Of a DNA stretch of 64,000 nt, positions 18,941 to 27,991 are shown piece after piece (the stretch's first letter is position 1; every line of letters starts with the position of its first letter). The DNA is from Chloroflexota bacterium. GTDB taxonomy: Bacteria > Chloroflexota > UBA11872. The translations under genes and the position numbers were made by a program. A model generated the notes under the pieces. It had not been told where the DNA came from. It saw only the letters and a list, made by a program, of their open reading frames with translations, and searched no databases. Location: contig DAOUIX010000141.1 in NCBI GenBank assembly GCA_034423235.1, positions 2,158 to 66,157 on the forward strand, written 5' to 3'.

Positions 18941-19387
18941 CTACTGTGCTGGGATTTCGCGCGGCTCGAACTCAGGCCCGTGCTTGACGATCAGGCTGCG
19001 GGCGCGGAAGGCGCCGCTGGGTTCGAGCTGGCCTTCGACGATCACTTCCTGGTAGCGGTCTTCGGCTGAGTAGCCAAACAGATCGGGCGGCGTTCCGCGG
19101 TATTCCACGGGCAGCCGCCCGGAGTCGTCCTGAAGGTCAAAGCTGATCACGTTGCCGTCGCCGGAGGTCTGGATCGAGCCGTCCGCGACGATGCCATTGA
19201 CGCGAATCAGGCGGTAGTACGCCTCGGAATCCATGGCGCGCACTTCGCCGACCGTGTGGTAGTAGACCGTGGCTCCCTGGGTTCCAGTCCAGATCAGGAA
19301 GCCGACAGCCGCAGCCAGCGCGGCCGCCAGCAGCAAGAGCTTCGTCGGCAAGCGGGGGCGGGGTGACGTAGTCGTCGTTGCGTTCAT
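18941..19387 (-). CDS. ccmE: Cytochrome c-type biogenesis heme chaperone CcmE
   Basis: N-terminal TM (KLLLLAAALAAAVGFLIW), OB-fold region, and SLIVKHGPEF with the heme-binding His in the expected position. Confidence 0.8.
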   Translation of the reverse strand: MNATTTTSPRPRLPTKLLLLAAALAAAVGFLIWTGTQGATVYYHTVGEVRAMDSEAYYRLIRVNGIVADGSIQTSGDGNVISFDLQDDSGRLPVEYRGTPPDLFGYSAEDRYQEVIVEGQLEPSGAFRARSLIVKHGPEFEPREIPAQ

Positions 19388-19403
19388 CGTGTCCGGGTCC
19401 AGC

Positions 19404-19877
19404 CTAGCCGACACTCCTGAAGCTGAGTTCGGCCATCTCGTTCAGGATCAGCGACAGCAGGTAAATCGCAAGCCCGAGTCCAACGATCGCGGCTGTGCGA
19501 CTCTGCCACCAGGGTCGGCGGTCCGGGTTCGCGGTCTGGGGATTCGCGGAACGGCGGCCGGGAACCGCCAGCCGGAACATGGCCAGCGCAAGCAGCAGCT
19601 TGCTCACCAGCACCGCAACGTAGGCCGCGTCGATCGACTGCTCCGCGAGGCGATTGAAGGTCAGCAACACGCCCGTGACTACAAAGACGGCGAATCCCGT
19701 GCCCACCAGCCGACCGACGGTTTGCCCCAGCACTGCGCTGGACACTCCACGAAGCGGCGCCAGGTTCGGCGTCGCGCGCGCGGCCAGGACGACGATTCCT
19801 CCGCCCACCCAGAGCGCCGCTGCCAGCACGTGGATAAAACGCAACACGACCAGCAAGACCACTGGGCTCTCGGCCAT
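19404..19877 (-). CDS. 4-TM membrane protein of the CopD/HemJ-like superfamily (function unknown)
   Basis: 157 aa. LRFIHVLAAALWVGGGIVVL resembles the HxxxxxxxW-GG N-terminus of CopD/HemJ-type proteins. Lies between the ACIII cytochrome c gene and ccmE. Confidence 0.4.
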   Translation of the reverse strand: MAESPVVLLVVLRFIHVLAAALWVGGGIVVLAARATPNLAPLRGVSSAVLGQTVGRLVGTGFAVFVVTGVLLTFNRLAEQSIDAAYVAVLVSKLLLALAMFRLAVPGRRSANPQTANPDRRPWWQSRTAAIVGLGLAIYLLSLILNEMAELSFRSVG

Positions 19878-19891
19878 AGACGTGTTTCAAC

Positions 19892-20446
19892 TCAGGCGTC
19901 AGGCGCCGGCGACTCCTGGATCGACCGAATGTAGTTGACGAGCGACCAGCGCTGCTCGGCCGTGAGCAACGAACTGAATGACGGCATGCGATTGACGCCG
20001 TTGGTGATCGTCCAGAACAGCGCGCCGTCCTGCTGATCCGCCAACTCGGCCCGGCGCAACGAGGGCGGCGCCTTCTCCTGGTACTGCTCGAACTGCCTGG
20101 CCACATAGCTGTCGCCGTCGGCGTTGGCCCCGTGGCACATGGCACAGTTGGTTTCGAATACCGCACGCGCGGCGTCGATTGACTCGCCCGTGAAGGGCAC
20201 CGGGTTCTCTTTGGCGATCATGGCGACAAAATCCGTCACCGGCACTTCGCCGCCCGAGGTCGGGATTGAACCTTCCGGTAGACCGACGTGCGACGGCTCC
20301 TGCGTCCGGTACGACGCCTGGTAGTGCATCTCCGGGAAGATGTCGAGCGGATAAGCGCCCGTCTCGCAGGCGACGAGCGTCAGTACCGTGACCAGCCCCA
20401 GCGCGAGGGCGGCGACGTTTCGAAACCGAAATCGGGGTAGCGTCAC
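19892..20446 (-). CDS. actE: Monoheme cytochrome c lipoprotein (ACIII ActE-like)
   Basis: Lipobox LTLVAC, a single CAMCHG heme motif and a Met-rich C-terminal region. Follows actD. Confidence 0.75.
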   Translation of the reverse strand: MTLPRFRFRNVAALALGLVTVLTLVACETGAYPLDIFPEMHYQASYRTQEPSHVGLPEGSIPTSGGEVPVTDFVAMIAKENPVPFTGESIDAARAVFETNCAMCHGANADGDSYVARQFEQYQEKAPPSLRRAELADQQDGALFWTITNGVNRMPSFSSLLTAEQRWSLVNYIRSIQESPAPDA

Positions 20447-21003
20447 GTGGTTCCTGTCGCGTGCATCAGGCTGCCCTCCTTGGAGAGCAGGTCGATGGGT
20501 GAAGCTTCTTCCAGCGCGATCTGGGCGTCGGGCAAACGGCGCTCGCGCGCCATGACCGAGATACCGATGTAGCCCTCGGAGATCCGGTCGTCGTAGAGGC
20601 CGACGCCGTCGGGCAGTCGCGATTCAAACAGCACGCCGAGCACCGTGAACAGTACCGCGCCCAGCAGGGTGCCCTCGTAGAGAATCTGGATGATGGCTGG
20701 AACCGCGACCACCGGCTTGCCGCCGGTGATGATCGGCAGAGAGACCTGCGCGCCCACGATCCAGGCAATGCCCACGGCCAGGCCGCAGGCGGCGCCGGCG
20801 AATGGAAAGGCGAAGAGCCGGTGCTTGGTGTGCCCCTCGCCGAAGGCGCCCTCCGGGTAGGGCGTGCTGCTCAGGATTTCGATGTCGTTGTCCTCGAATC
20901 CGGCGCTCTGCAGGCGCTCGACAGCGTCGGCGGCCTGGTCCGGCTCCTGGTAGAGCGCCAGCAGTTCGCGTTTGGCTTGGGACTGCATTGCCATAGACCT
21001 CAC
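20443..21003 (-). CDS. actD: ACIII membrane subunit ActD (DUF3341)
   Basis: 186 aa, two TM helices in the middle and a soluble N-domain. Position and size match ActD. Its start overlaps the upstream gene's stop. Confidence 0.7.
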   Translation of the reverse strand: MRSMAMQSQAKRELLALYQEPDQAADAVERLQSAGFEDNDIEILSSTPYPEGAFGEGHTKHRLFAFPFAGAACGLAVGIAWIVGAQVSLPIITGGKPVVAVPAIIQILYEGTLLGAVLFTVLGVLFESRLPDGVGLYDDRISEGYIGISVMARERRLPDAQIALEEASPIDLLSKEGSLMHATGTT

Positions 21004-22373
21004 TCCCGCATGGCGGCCGGGACGTTGGCGCGACCGACTCTAATGCGGTCGGCCAGAATCTGGCCTTCCTTGATATCCGCGGCCGGCATGATCGGCAGCA
21101 GCTTGGAGAACGTCAGGAACCCGAGAATCACCAGGGCAAAGGATGCGGCTACCAGGATGAATTCGGATAACGAGGGGGCGTAATCGCCGTACGTGAACGT
21201 CAGGCCGCTCTTCCGCTCCAGGGCCGGCACCACGACCATGTAGCGCTCCAGCCACATGCCCACGTTGACCAGGATGGTGGTTACGAACATCCAGAAGAAG
21301 TTTCGGCGAATGGCGCGGAACATCCACATCGGCACCGGGATGATGTAGGCGCAGATGATGAAAGTAATGGCGATGACGACCCAGGGCGGCTCGACCAGTC
21401 GTCGCTGCCAGGTGTCGACTTCGGCCGGTTCGGTGCCGTAGAGGCCGAAGAAGAAGTCCAGCAGGAAGAAGAACAGCCAGACTGTCGCCACCACGATCAG
21501 CAGGCGGGCCAGCGAGTCGATGTGATCGCGGGTGATGAACCGCTTCAGCCCGAACGCGTAGCGCATCACGATCATCACGGTGACGACTGCCGACACACCG
21601 GAGTGCACGGCCCCGATCACGAAGTACGGGGCGAAGATGGTGTTGTGCCAGCCGGGAACCGAGGTGACCGCGAAGTCCCAGGACACAATGGAGTGCACCG
21701 AGACGAAGATCGGCAGGATGATGGCCGAGAGCAACAGGCCGGCCACGGTCTGGATTCGCCACTGCCGCGTGGTGCCTCGGAAGCCCATCGCGAGCACGCC
21801 GTAGATCGCACGACTTACGGGATTCGGCGCCCGGTCGCGCGCCAGCGCCAGGTCGGGAAGTAGCGCCACGTAGACAAACAGAATGGTTGACGTCAGGTAG
21901 GTGAAGATCGCCGACGGGTCCCAGACGAGCGGCGACCGCGGGTTGGGCCAAGCGCCGCGGTTCCAGTCGTACGGGAACGTCCAGTACATCGTGCGCCAGG
22001 GTCGGCCGGAGTGGATCAGGGGGAACTGCACGGCCGTCAGCAGCGAGAAGATTGTTAGCACCTCGGCGGCGCGTGTGACGGGCCGTCGCCACTCCGCCTG
22101 GGTCAGCCGCAAGATGGCGGAAACCATGATTCCGGCGTGGCTGACGCCAATCCAGAACACGAAGTTCACGATCAGGAAGCCCCAATACACTGGATGCGAG
22201 TACCCCAGGAACTGGAGCCCGAACATCAGCATCAGGATCACGACCACGAACGCGGCGACCAGCAGGCCGTTCAGCGCTCCGCCGACGGCGAAGAACCAAG
22301 CCGGCCAGGCGAAGACGAAGTCGAGCAGCTCGCGGTTCGAGGTTTTAGTGTCGGCGACGACCGGTTCTTGCAT
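21000..22373 (-). CDS. actF: NrfD/PsrC-family polytopic quinol-interacting subunit (ActF-like)
   Basis: 457 aa, about 10 TM helices, NrfD-like. Second of two tandem NrfD paralogs in the ACIII operon. Confidence 0.8.
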   Translation of the reverse strand: MQEPVVADTKTSNRELLDFVFAWPAWFFAVGGALNGLLVAAFVVVILMLMFGLQFLGYSHPVYWGFLIVNFVFWIGVSHAGIMVSAILRLTQAEWRRPVTRAAEVLTIFSLLTAVQFPLIHSGRPWRTMYWTFPYDWNRGAWPNPRSPLVWDPSAIFTYLTSTILFVYVALLPDLALARDRAPNPVSRAIYGVLAMGFRGTTRQWRIQTVAGLLLSAIILPIFVSVHSIVSWDFAVTSVPGWHNTIFAPYFVIGAVHSGVSAVVTVMIVMRYAFGLKRFITRDHIDSLARLLIVVATVWLFFFLLDFFFGLYGTEPAEVDTWQRRLVEPPWVVIAITFIICAYIIPVPMWMFRAIRRNFFWMFVTTILVNVGMWLERYMVVVPALERKSGLTFTYGDYAPSLSEFILVAASFALVILGFLTFSKLLPIMPAADIKEGQILADRIRVGRANVPAAMRE

Positions 22374-23722
22374 CAGTCCGGCTTCCCGATCACGAGGACG
22401 TGCGTCTTCATGAAGGTCCGCTCTTTACGCAGCATCGATCCCTGGCGCATTTCCCAGCCGTTGAGCACGGGAATCCGCGAGGCCGCGTAGACGAACACGC
22501 CAAACATCAACCCGATGAATCCGATGATGAACAGAATGTCGAGGGCGTTTGGCCAGTACGGCGCCGGCAGCACTTCCATCGCGTGCCCGAACGGCGACGG
22601 ATTGGCCATGGGCGCGACGTAGAAGCGAATGCGGTCGAAGATCAGGCCCACCACGATCAGGACCGATACGCCCGCTATGAGCGACAGCGACTGTCGAACC
22701 CTGTTAAAGATGAGCAGCGCCAAGGGCACGACCAGCATCAGCACGGCGGCCACCACAAACGGCATTTTGTAGGTAATGGCCACGGTGACCTGCATGGCGG
22801 CCACCTCGCTGGGTAGCCGGGCATACCAGATCAGCAGGAAGTCGGACCAGAAGAAGTAGAACCACATCAGCGTGGCCGCCAGCAGAATCTTGCCGAGGGC
22901 GGACGCCTGTTCGTCACCAAGGAAGCGAGCGGCCTCGGGCGAAAAGCGGCGCATCAGCGCCGCGGTCAGCAGCGTTAGCGCTATTCCGGCCTGGATCCCG
23001 GTCACAGCGTTGTAGACCGGGAAGATCCCGGAACGCCAGCCCGGCAGCAGGCTCTGGCCCAGGTCGGTTGAGAGCAGCATGTGCACGAAGGCGTAGCCCA
23101 TCAGATAAAAGGCTCCGAGCGTCAGGTTGGCGGTCCGCAGGACCTTCCACTGCCGCGCCGAGCCCGTCCAGTTCAGGAAGAGCAGGCGCTGCCAGCGCCC
23201 CATCGCGCGTACGCGGCTGGGCGGACCGGCGAGGTCAGGCACGGCCGAGAACCAGAGCAAGGCCATCCCCGTCAGCAGCAGGATCGCCAGCGCCAACGCG
23301 TCGGTCAGGAACGGCGCGCCGGCCCTGAATTCAAACCACAGGGTGGAGCGACCTTCCAGCGGCGGCAGCGACGCCATGATCGGAATCAGCAAAACAAAGC
23401 TGAGCAGCGACGGCACCGCATACAGCGCGGCGATGCGTCGAAGCGGCAGCGCCCAATACCCCTTGGCCATTCGCGAGGCGTAGGCAATGAGCGGCGCCGC
23501 AGTGGCGGTGGACAGAATGAACATCAGAACCACGGTCGGATAGGCCCAGGCCGCGCGGTCGCCCCAGGCCGTAATCAACTTCACGACGTACATCACGATG
23601 CCCAGCGCGCCCAGCAATGCCAGTAGCGCGATTCCCGCATTGTTCAGCGAGATGCTCAGCGCCTGGGGCCGGTATGGGGGCCGCAGCGACAGCTTCAGGC
23701 CGGCGGCTTCCGGAGCGATCAT
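22373..23722 (-). CDS. actC: NrfD/PsrC-family polytopic quinol-interacting subunit (ActC-like)
   Basis: 449 aa, NrfD-like. Directly downstream of the ferredoxin-like ActB2. Confidence 0.8.
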   Translation of the reverse strand: MIAPEAAGLKLSLRPPYRPQALSISLNNAGIALLALLGALGIVMYVVKLITAWGDRAAWAYPTVVLMFILSTATAAPLIAYASRMAKGYWALPLRRIAALYAVPSLLSFVLLIPIMASLPPLEGRSTLWFEFRAGAPFLTDALALAILLLTGMALLWFSAVPDLAGPPSRVRAMGRWQRLLFLNWTGSARQWKVLRTANLTLGAFYLMGYAFVHMLLSTDLGQSLLPGWRSGIFPVYNAVTGIQAGIALTLLTAALMRRFSPEAARFLGDEQASALGKILLAATLMWFYFFWSDFLLIWYARLPSEVAAMQVTVAITYKMPFVVAAVLMLVVPLALLIFNRVRQSLSLIAGVSVLIVVGLIFDRIRFYVAPMANPSPFGHAMEVLPAPYWPNALDILFIIGFIGLMFGVFVYAASRIPVLNGWEMRQGSMLRKERTFMKTHVLVIGKPD

Positions 23723-24555
23723 GCGTGCGCCCCGGCGTGCGCGTGCTCGTCTTCGTGAATCTCCGCGTGCGGATCCACCTTCTTGAGGTAGATGATGCCG
23801 GGGTCGGTTCCGAAGTGTTCAAGCAGCGTGTAGCCGCGGTCGGCTTCGGCCTCGGCCAGGCGCGCGGGCGCGCTCTCGGGGTTGTTGATATCGCAGAAGA
23901 CGAGGGCGCTGGTCGGGCACGACTGTGCGCAGGCCGGCTGAACTTCGCCGGGGCGGAGGTCGCGTCCTTCGGTGCCCGCCGTCACGTGCGCGCGGTTGAT
24001 CCGCTGCACGCAGAAGGTGCATTTTTCGATGATGCCCTTCGTGCGCACCGTCACTTCCGGGTTGAGCTGGTTGTTCAGCGGCTCCGGCCACTCCGGATTC
24101 CAGAAGTTGAAGTAGCGCACCGAGTACGGGCAGCCGTTGGCGCAGAACCGGGTGCCGATGCAGCGGTTGTAGACCTGGACGTTCAAGCCCTCGTTGTTGT
24201 GGTACGTGGCCCAGACCGGACAGACCGTCTCGCACGGCGCGTTGCCGCAGTGTTGGCACAGCACCGGGATAAAGCGGGCCTTCGCGTTCGGGAACTCGCC
24301 TTCCCAGTAGCGTTCGATCCGGATCCAGGTCTTGGCCCGGCGCTCCAGCACGCGCTGTTCTTCGTTGAGGGCGATGTTGTTTTCGGCCTGGCAAGCCACC
24401 ACGCAGGCCTGGCAGCCGGTGCAGCGATCCAGGTCTACCACCATGCCCCAGCGCACGCCCTCGGGATGAGGGACTTCGGCATCCGTGGGAATCGTTCGTC
24501 CCATCTCGGAGACGGCGCTGGCGCGGGCGGCGGCCTCGTTGGCTGAGCTACTCAT
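23719..24555 (-). CDS. actB2: ACIII 4Fe-4S ferredoxin-like subunit (ActB2; PsrB/DmsB-like)
   Basis: Multiple Cys clusters: CTGCQACVVACQAEN, CQHCGNAPCETVCP, CIGTRFCANGCP, CTFCVQR, CAQSCP. Its ATG overlaps the ActB1 stop. Confidence 0.85.
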   Translation of the reverse strand: MSSSANEAAARASAVSEMGRTIPTDAEVPHPEGVRWGMVVDLDRCTGCQACVVACQAENNIALNEEQRVLERRAKTWIRIERYWEGEFPNAKARFIPVLCQHCGNAPCETVCPVWATYHNNEGLNVQVYNRCIGTRFCANGCPYSVRYFNFWNPEWPEPLNNQLNPEVTVRTKGIIEKCTFCVQRINRAHVTAGTEGRDLRPGEVQPACAQSCPTSALVFCDINNPESAPARLAEAEADRGYTLLEHFGTDPGIIYLKKVDPHAEIHEDEHAHAGAHA

Positions 24556-26798
24556 TTGTGGTGGTCACCATTGCCATTCGTGACTTGCACGATTACTTCC
24601 TCGACGTCGTTGCGCGCGTTCGGCAAGACCTCAATGGTCGGGAGCTGTCGGTAGTCGCCCGTCGGCCGCACGCGAGCGCGCGTGGCGGCCCAAGCAAGCG
24701 CGCCGGACCCGGCGACGGTCAGCGGCGCCAGGCTGGCCAGGACATTGGAACCCCGATCCTCGCGCCAGCGGCCGCCGAACGTGTGCCCCTGACCGATCGG
24801 CACGCCCAGCACGCCGGGCGCGGCGGCCGGCGAAATGTACACGCCGGCTTCGAATTCGCCGTGAGCCGTCTCGATTCGCACGACGTCGCCGCGGGAAACG
24901 TCCAGCGCCGCCGCCGTCGAAGGGTTCATCTCGACCCACGTCGTCCAGGTAGCCGTGGAGATCGGATCGGGTGTGGCCTGCAACCAGGGGTTGGCCGTCT
25001 CGTCGCCGCCGCCCAGCGCCACGCCCTCGAAGGGAATGAGGTGTAGCGGGTATTCGATCCCGTTGTCGCTGAACGCCGGCTCGGCCAGCAGGTTGATGTG
25101 CCAGTTCGGAGTCGATCTGAACTCGGGCGTCCAGTCGTCATTCCAACCGCCGCCGTTCTTCAGCAGCTCCACCCATCGCTCCTCGAAATCGCCGCCCCTG
25201 AAGACTTCGGAGGCGCTGGCCCGCACCGCATCGCGCATGGTGTCCCAGGGCGGCGCCAGGTTCGGCCGCAGGTCGTGCCACAGGGTCAGCAGGATGTCGC
25301 CGAAGCTCCGTCCCGAGATTGACGGCGTAACCACCGGCTGTTGCAATCCCACCACGTGCTGTCGCGGCGCGGGATCGGGCACATAGTCGCCCCATTCCTC
25401 GAACGGGTGGGTGGACGGCAGCACCAGGTCAGCGTGACCCAGCGTCTCGCTCATGATCGTGCCAATGCCGACGACGAACGGAATCTTGCCGAGCGCATCC
25501 GAAAAGCGCGTCGCCACGGGCATGCCGTAGACCGGATCGGCTTCAAAGACGATCGCCACGTCCGGGGGCTCGCCCTCGAGCCAGGTATTGCCACGGCCTG
25601 CCAGGTCGGCAAATGACGTCGGTTCGGTCGGTGGCGTCACCGCGCTGCGCAAATCGGGATTCGGGAGCAGTCCACCCGGCTGTCCCACGCTGCCCACCAT
25701 GTGGTTCAGCAGCATGGTCGCCAAGCCGTTGTCCAGCCCGTTGGTACTGGCCAGGGCCGGTCCGCCGGCAATGGCGAACCCGGGCTGATGGCTGGCGAAC
25801 TCGCGGGCAATCTCCTGGATACGCTCAACCGGCACGCCCGTGCGTTGGGAAACGCGGTCAGGCGCGAAGGCATTCAGGGCATCGAGACCGCCGATTTCAC
25901 TCACGACATTGAACCAGTTGTCCGGCGGCGCCAGCCCCTCGGCGGCGATGACCTGCGCGATTGACAGCGCCAGCGCGCCCTCCTGGCCCGGATGCACGTA
26001 GACCCACGAGTCGGCGTTCGCGCCGGTGAGCGACATGCGCGGCTCAACCTGAATCAGGCGCCCGCGCTCGCCGTGGCCTTGGCGAAACTCGCCGTAGCCG
26101 ACGCCGTATTGCGTCGGGGACAGCCAGGACGACAGGAAGTCAGCGCCGAAGGACAGAATGGAATGTGCGTTGGCAATGTCCAGGAACGGCAGCCGCCTCG
26201 CGCCGAGCCCGTCCTGAACAGATTTCCGCCAGACCGTTGATTCCAGAGTTTCGTAGACGACGTGCTCCCCGCCGAAGGCGGTTGCGAAGTCACGGGCAAT
26301 GCGGGCCCTGGTTCCGCTGATCGGCCCTGTAATCACAACGACGCTGCGAGCCTCGGACATCTTTTCGGTCAGCAGGTCAAGTCCGGCGGGCCACTCCAGA
26401 TCCTCAAATTCGTTCGCGCCTCGCAGGCCGCGCCGACGCTTCGGAACCGTGAGGCGGTCCGGGTGGTACAGCGATTGCACGCCCGCCTGGCTGCGCACGT
26501 TCAGCTTGCCCTGGTTGACCGGAAAGGCGGGGTTGCCTTCGACCTTTTTTGCTCGCCCGTCGATCGTGCGCACGACCACGCCGTTTCCGCAGGCGGAGTG
26601 TGCGCACGACGTTGCAAACCACAGTTCCTGGCCCGGCAGCGACAGTTCCGGCTGGAGCACGAAGCTCTGTACCTGGGACTCGCGCTCCGGCGCCGCGCAG
26701 GCCACCACAGTGGCGCCGCCGACCAGTGCGGCCGACCCCGCCAGGAAGCGTCGTCGTCCAATGCCGCTCATGCGGTCCGATCGACTCACTTGTGACAT
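24552..26798 (-). CDS. actB1: ACIII molybdopterin-oxidoreductase-like subunit (ActB1) with Tat signal
   Basis: Twin-arginine motif GRRRFLAGSAALVGGATVVA and complex-iron-sulfur-molybdoenzyme fold. ActB is split into B1 and B2 ORFs here. Confidence 0.85.
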   Translation of the reverse strand: MSQVSRSDRMSGIGRRRFLAGSAALVGGATVVACAAPERESQVQSFVLQPELSLPGQELWFATSCAHSACGNGVVVRTIDGRAKKVEGNPAFPVNQGKLNVRSQAGVQSLYHPDRLTVPKRRRGLRGANEFEDLEWPAGLDLLTEKMSEARSVVVITGPISGTRARIARDFATAFGGEHVVYETLESTVWRKSVQDGLGARRLPFLDIANAHSILSFGADFLSSWLSPTQYGVGYGEFRQGHGERGRLIQVEPRMSLTGANADSWVYVHPGQEGALALSIAQVIAAEGLAPPDNWFNVVSEIGGLDALNAFAPDRVSQRTGVPVERIQEIAREFASHQPGFAIAGGPALASTNGLDNGLATMLLNHMVGSVGQPGGLLPNPDLRSAVTPPTEPTSFADLAGRGNTWLEGEPPDVAIVFEADPVYGMPVATRFSDALGKIPFVVGIGTIMSETLGHADLVLPSTHPFEEWGDYVPDPAPRQHVVGLQQPVVTPSISGRSFGDILLTLWHDLRPNLAPPWDTMRDAVRASASEVFRGGDFEERWVELLKNGGGWNDDWTPEFRSTPNWHINLLAEPAFSDNGIEYPLHLIPFEGVALGGGDETANPWLQATPDPISTATWTTWVEMNPSTAAALDVSRGDVVRIETAHGEFEAGVYISPAAAPGVLGVPIGQGHTFGGRWREDRGSNVLASLAPLTVAGSGALAWAATRARVRPTGDYRQLPTIEVLPNARNDVEEVIVQVTNGNGDHHK

Positions 26799-27346
26799 GT
26801 CGCGCAGTCCAACGAGGCGGAGTTCTCGCGGTGGCAACCCTGACAATCTCCCATGGCGAGGGAGCGTACCTGCTTGACTTCCTTCATCGAGGCCACGTCG
26901 CCGTGGCAGGTCTCGCACGCGACCCCCGCCTGGATGTGCGGCGCGTGGACGAAGCGCACGTGATCAGGCACGCGATGCACGCGCGCCCAGTTCACCGGCG
27001 TCTGTGTGTCCCAGTGCGCTTGCAGCAATTGAATCTGTGGGCTGTCGGTCTTCACGACCGAGTGGCAGAACATGCACTGCTCGACCGAGGGCACCGTGGC
27101 GGCGGCCTGCGTGCCCACACCGCGGTGACAAAACTCGCAAGGAATGGCCGCATCGCCGGCGTGTACCGAGTGGTCGAAGGCGATCGGCTGTTGCGGCGCG
27201 GGCGTTGCCGTCCCACCTGAAGCCATGAGAAACAGCAGAATGGCCAATACTCCCGCGCCCCCCAGCAGCAACGGCGCCGTGGCGCCTGCAAGGATCAAGG
27301 TCTGTTTGAGCGTGACGCGCGGCAGGAGGGCCGTCAGGTACTGCAT
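26786..27346 (-). CDS. actA: Pentaheme cytochrome c (ActA)
   Basis: Five CxxCH motifs (CEFCH, CMFCH, CETCH, CQGCH, CATCH) after an N-terminal TM anchor. Confidence 0.85.
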   Translation of the reverse strand: MQYLTALLPRVTLKQTLILAGATAPLLLGGAGVLAILLFLMASGGTATPAPQQPIAFDHSVHAGDAAIPCEFCHRGVGTQAAATVPSVEQCMFCHSVVKTDSPQIQLLQAHWDTQTPVNWARVHRVPDHVRFVHAPHIQAGVACETCHGDVASMKEVKQVRSLAMGDCQGCHRENSASLDCATCHK

Positions 27347-27350
27347 ACCG

Positions 27351-27674
27351 CTAGATCGCCAGCCGCGGGTAGATGTCCGGCAGGATGTTCAGCGCCAGCA
27401 GCGTGGCCTTGATCACCAGTACAACGACGGCGACGCATCCCATGGCCACGATGAGATAGAGCGGGGCGCGCATCCGTCGGGCGACGGCCGCGGGCAGATC
27501 GCCGGTGTCCATCAGTGACGGAATCATGGCGTGCGCCAGCATGTAGGTCAGACCGGTTACGACCAGCGCGGCGGTAAAGAACCAGAGGTGGGCGACCAGT
27601 TCCGAGAGCTTGACCCAGTCGGCGGCCGTGAGCTCGCTTAGTTGCACCCGTGCGTCTCCATCAACACCCGGCAC
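27351..27674 (-). CDS. Small 2-TM membrane protein leading the ACIII operon (possible accessory subunit)
   Basis: 107 aa with two hydrophobic helices. Its stop is 5 nt before the actA start. No recognizable motif. Confidence 0.35.
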   Translation of the reverse strand: MPGVDGDARVQLSELTAADWVKLSELVAHLWFFTAALVVTGLTYMLAHAMIPSLMDTGDLPAAVARRMRAPLYLIVAMGCVAVVVLVIKATLLALNILPDIYPRLAI

Positions 27675-27804
27675 CGCACGACCGGCGGCGAATGGTATCC
27701 GACCGACCCGCCGGCTGCGCGAGTGATGCGTCGTCTATTGGCCCGACCGACAGAATGAGGGCAGGGCTGCATCAGGCGAATTTCGTCTCCGGGCCGGGTG
27801 ACAA

Positions 27805-27820
27805 CGTGAAATGTTTCACA
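27805..27820. promoter_or_regulatory. CRP/FNR-family-like palindrome cGTGA-N6-TCACa in the divergent region upstream of the ACIII operon
   Basis: cgtgaaatgtttcaca is a 5-6-5 inverted repeat with one mismatch to TGTGA-N6-TCACA. It sits in a locally AT-rich patch of a roughly 320-nt divergent intergenic region. Confidence 0.35.
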
Positions 27821-27991
27821 AATCAACCCGCACTGCAAGAGACGCCGACGGTAAGTCGCCAAGGGCAACCCCTCCGGCGCGTCCGCGCCGGTGCTGTCAC
27901 AATACGCTGACCATTCGTGGCGTCCCGCCGGGCGGGCGCCACGCCCTGATTTGCCAGCGGCCTGACCTCCTCGGAAAGGACTCGTATCGCT

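Noticed and set aside
24552-26918. ActB1 as a catalytically active molybdoenzyme (for example polysulfide or tetrathionate reductase) instead of ACIII
   Set aside because: It is flanked by a pentaheme ActA, two NrfD-like subunits, a DUF3341 ActD and a monoheme lipoprotein in one operon, which is the defining ACIII composition. The Mo-ligand status could not be judged by eye, so the call rests on context.
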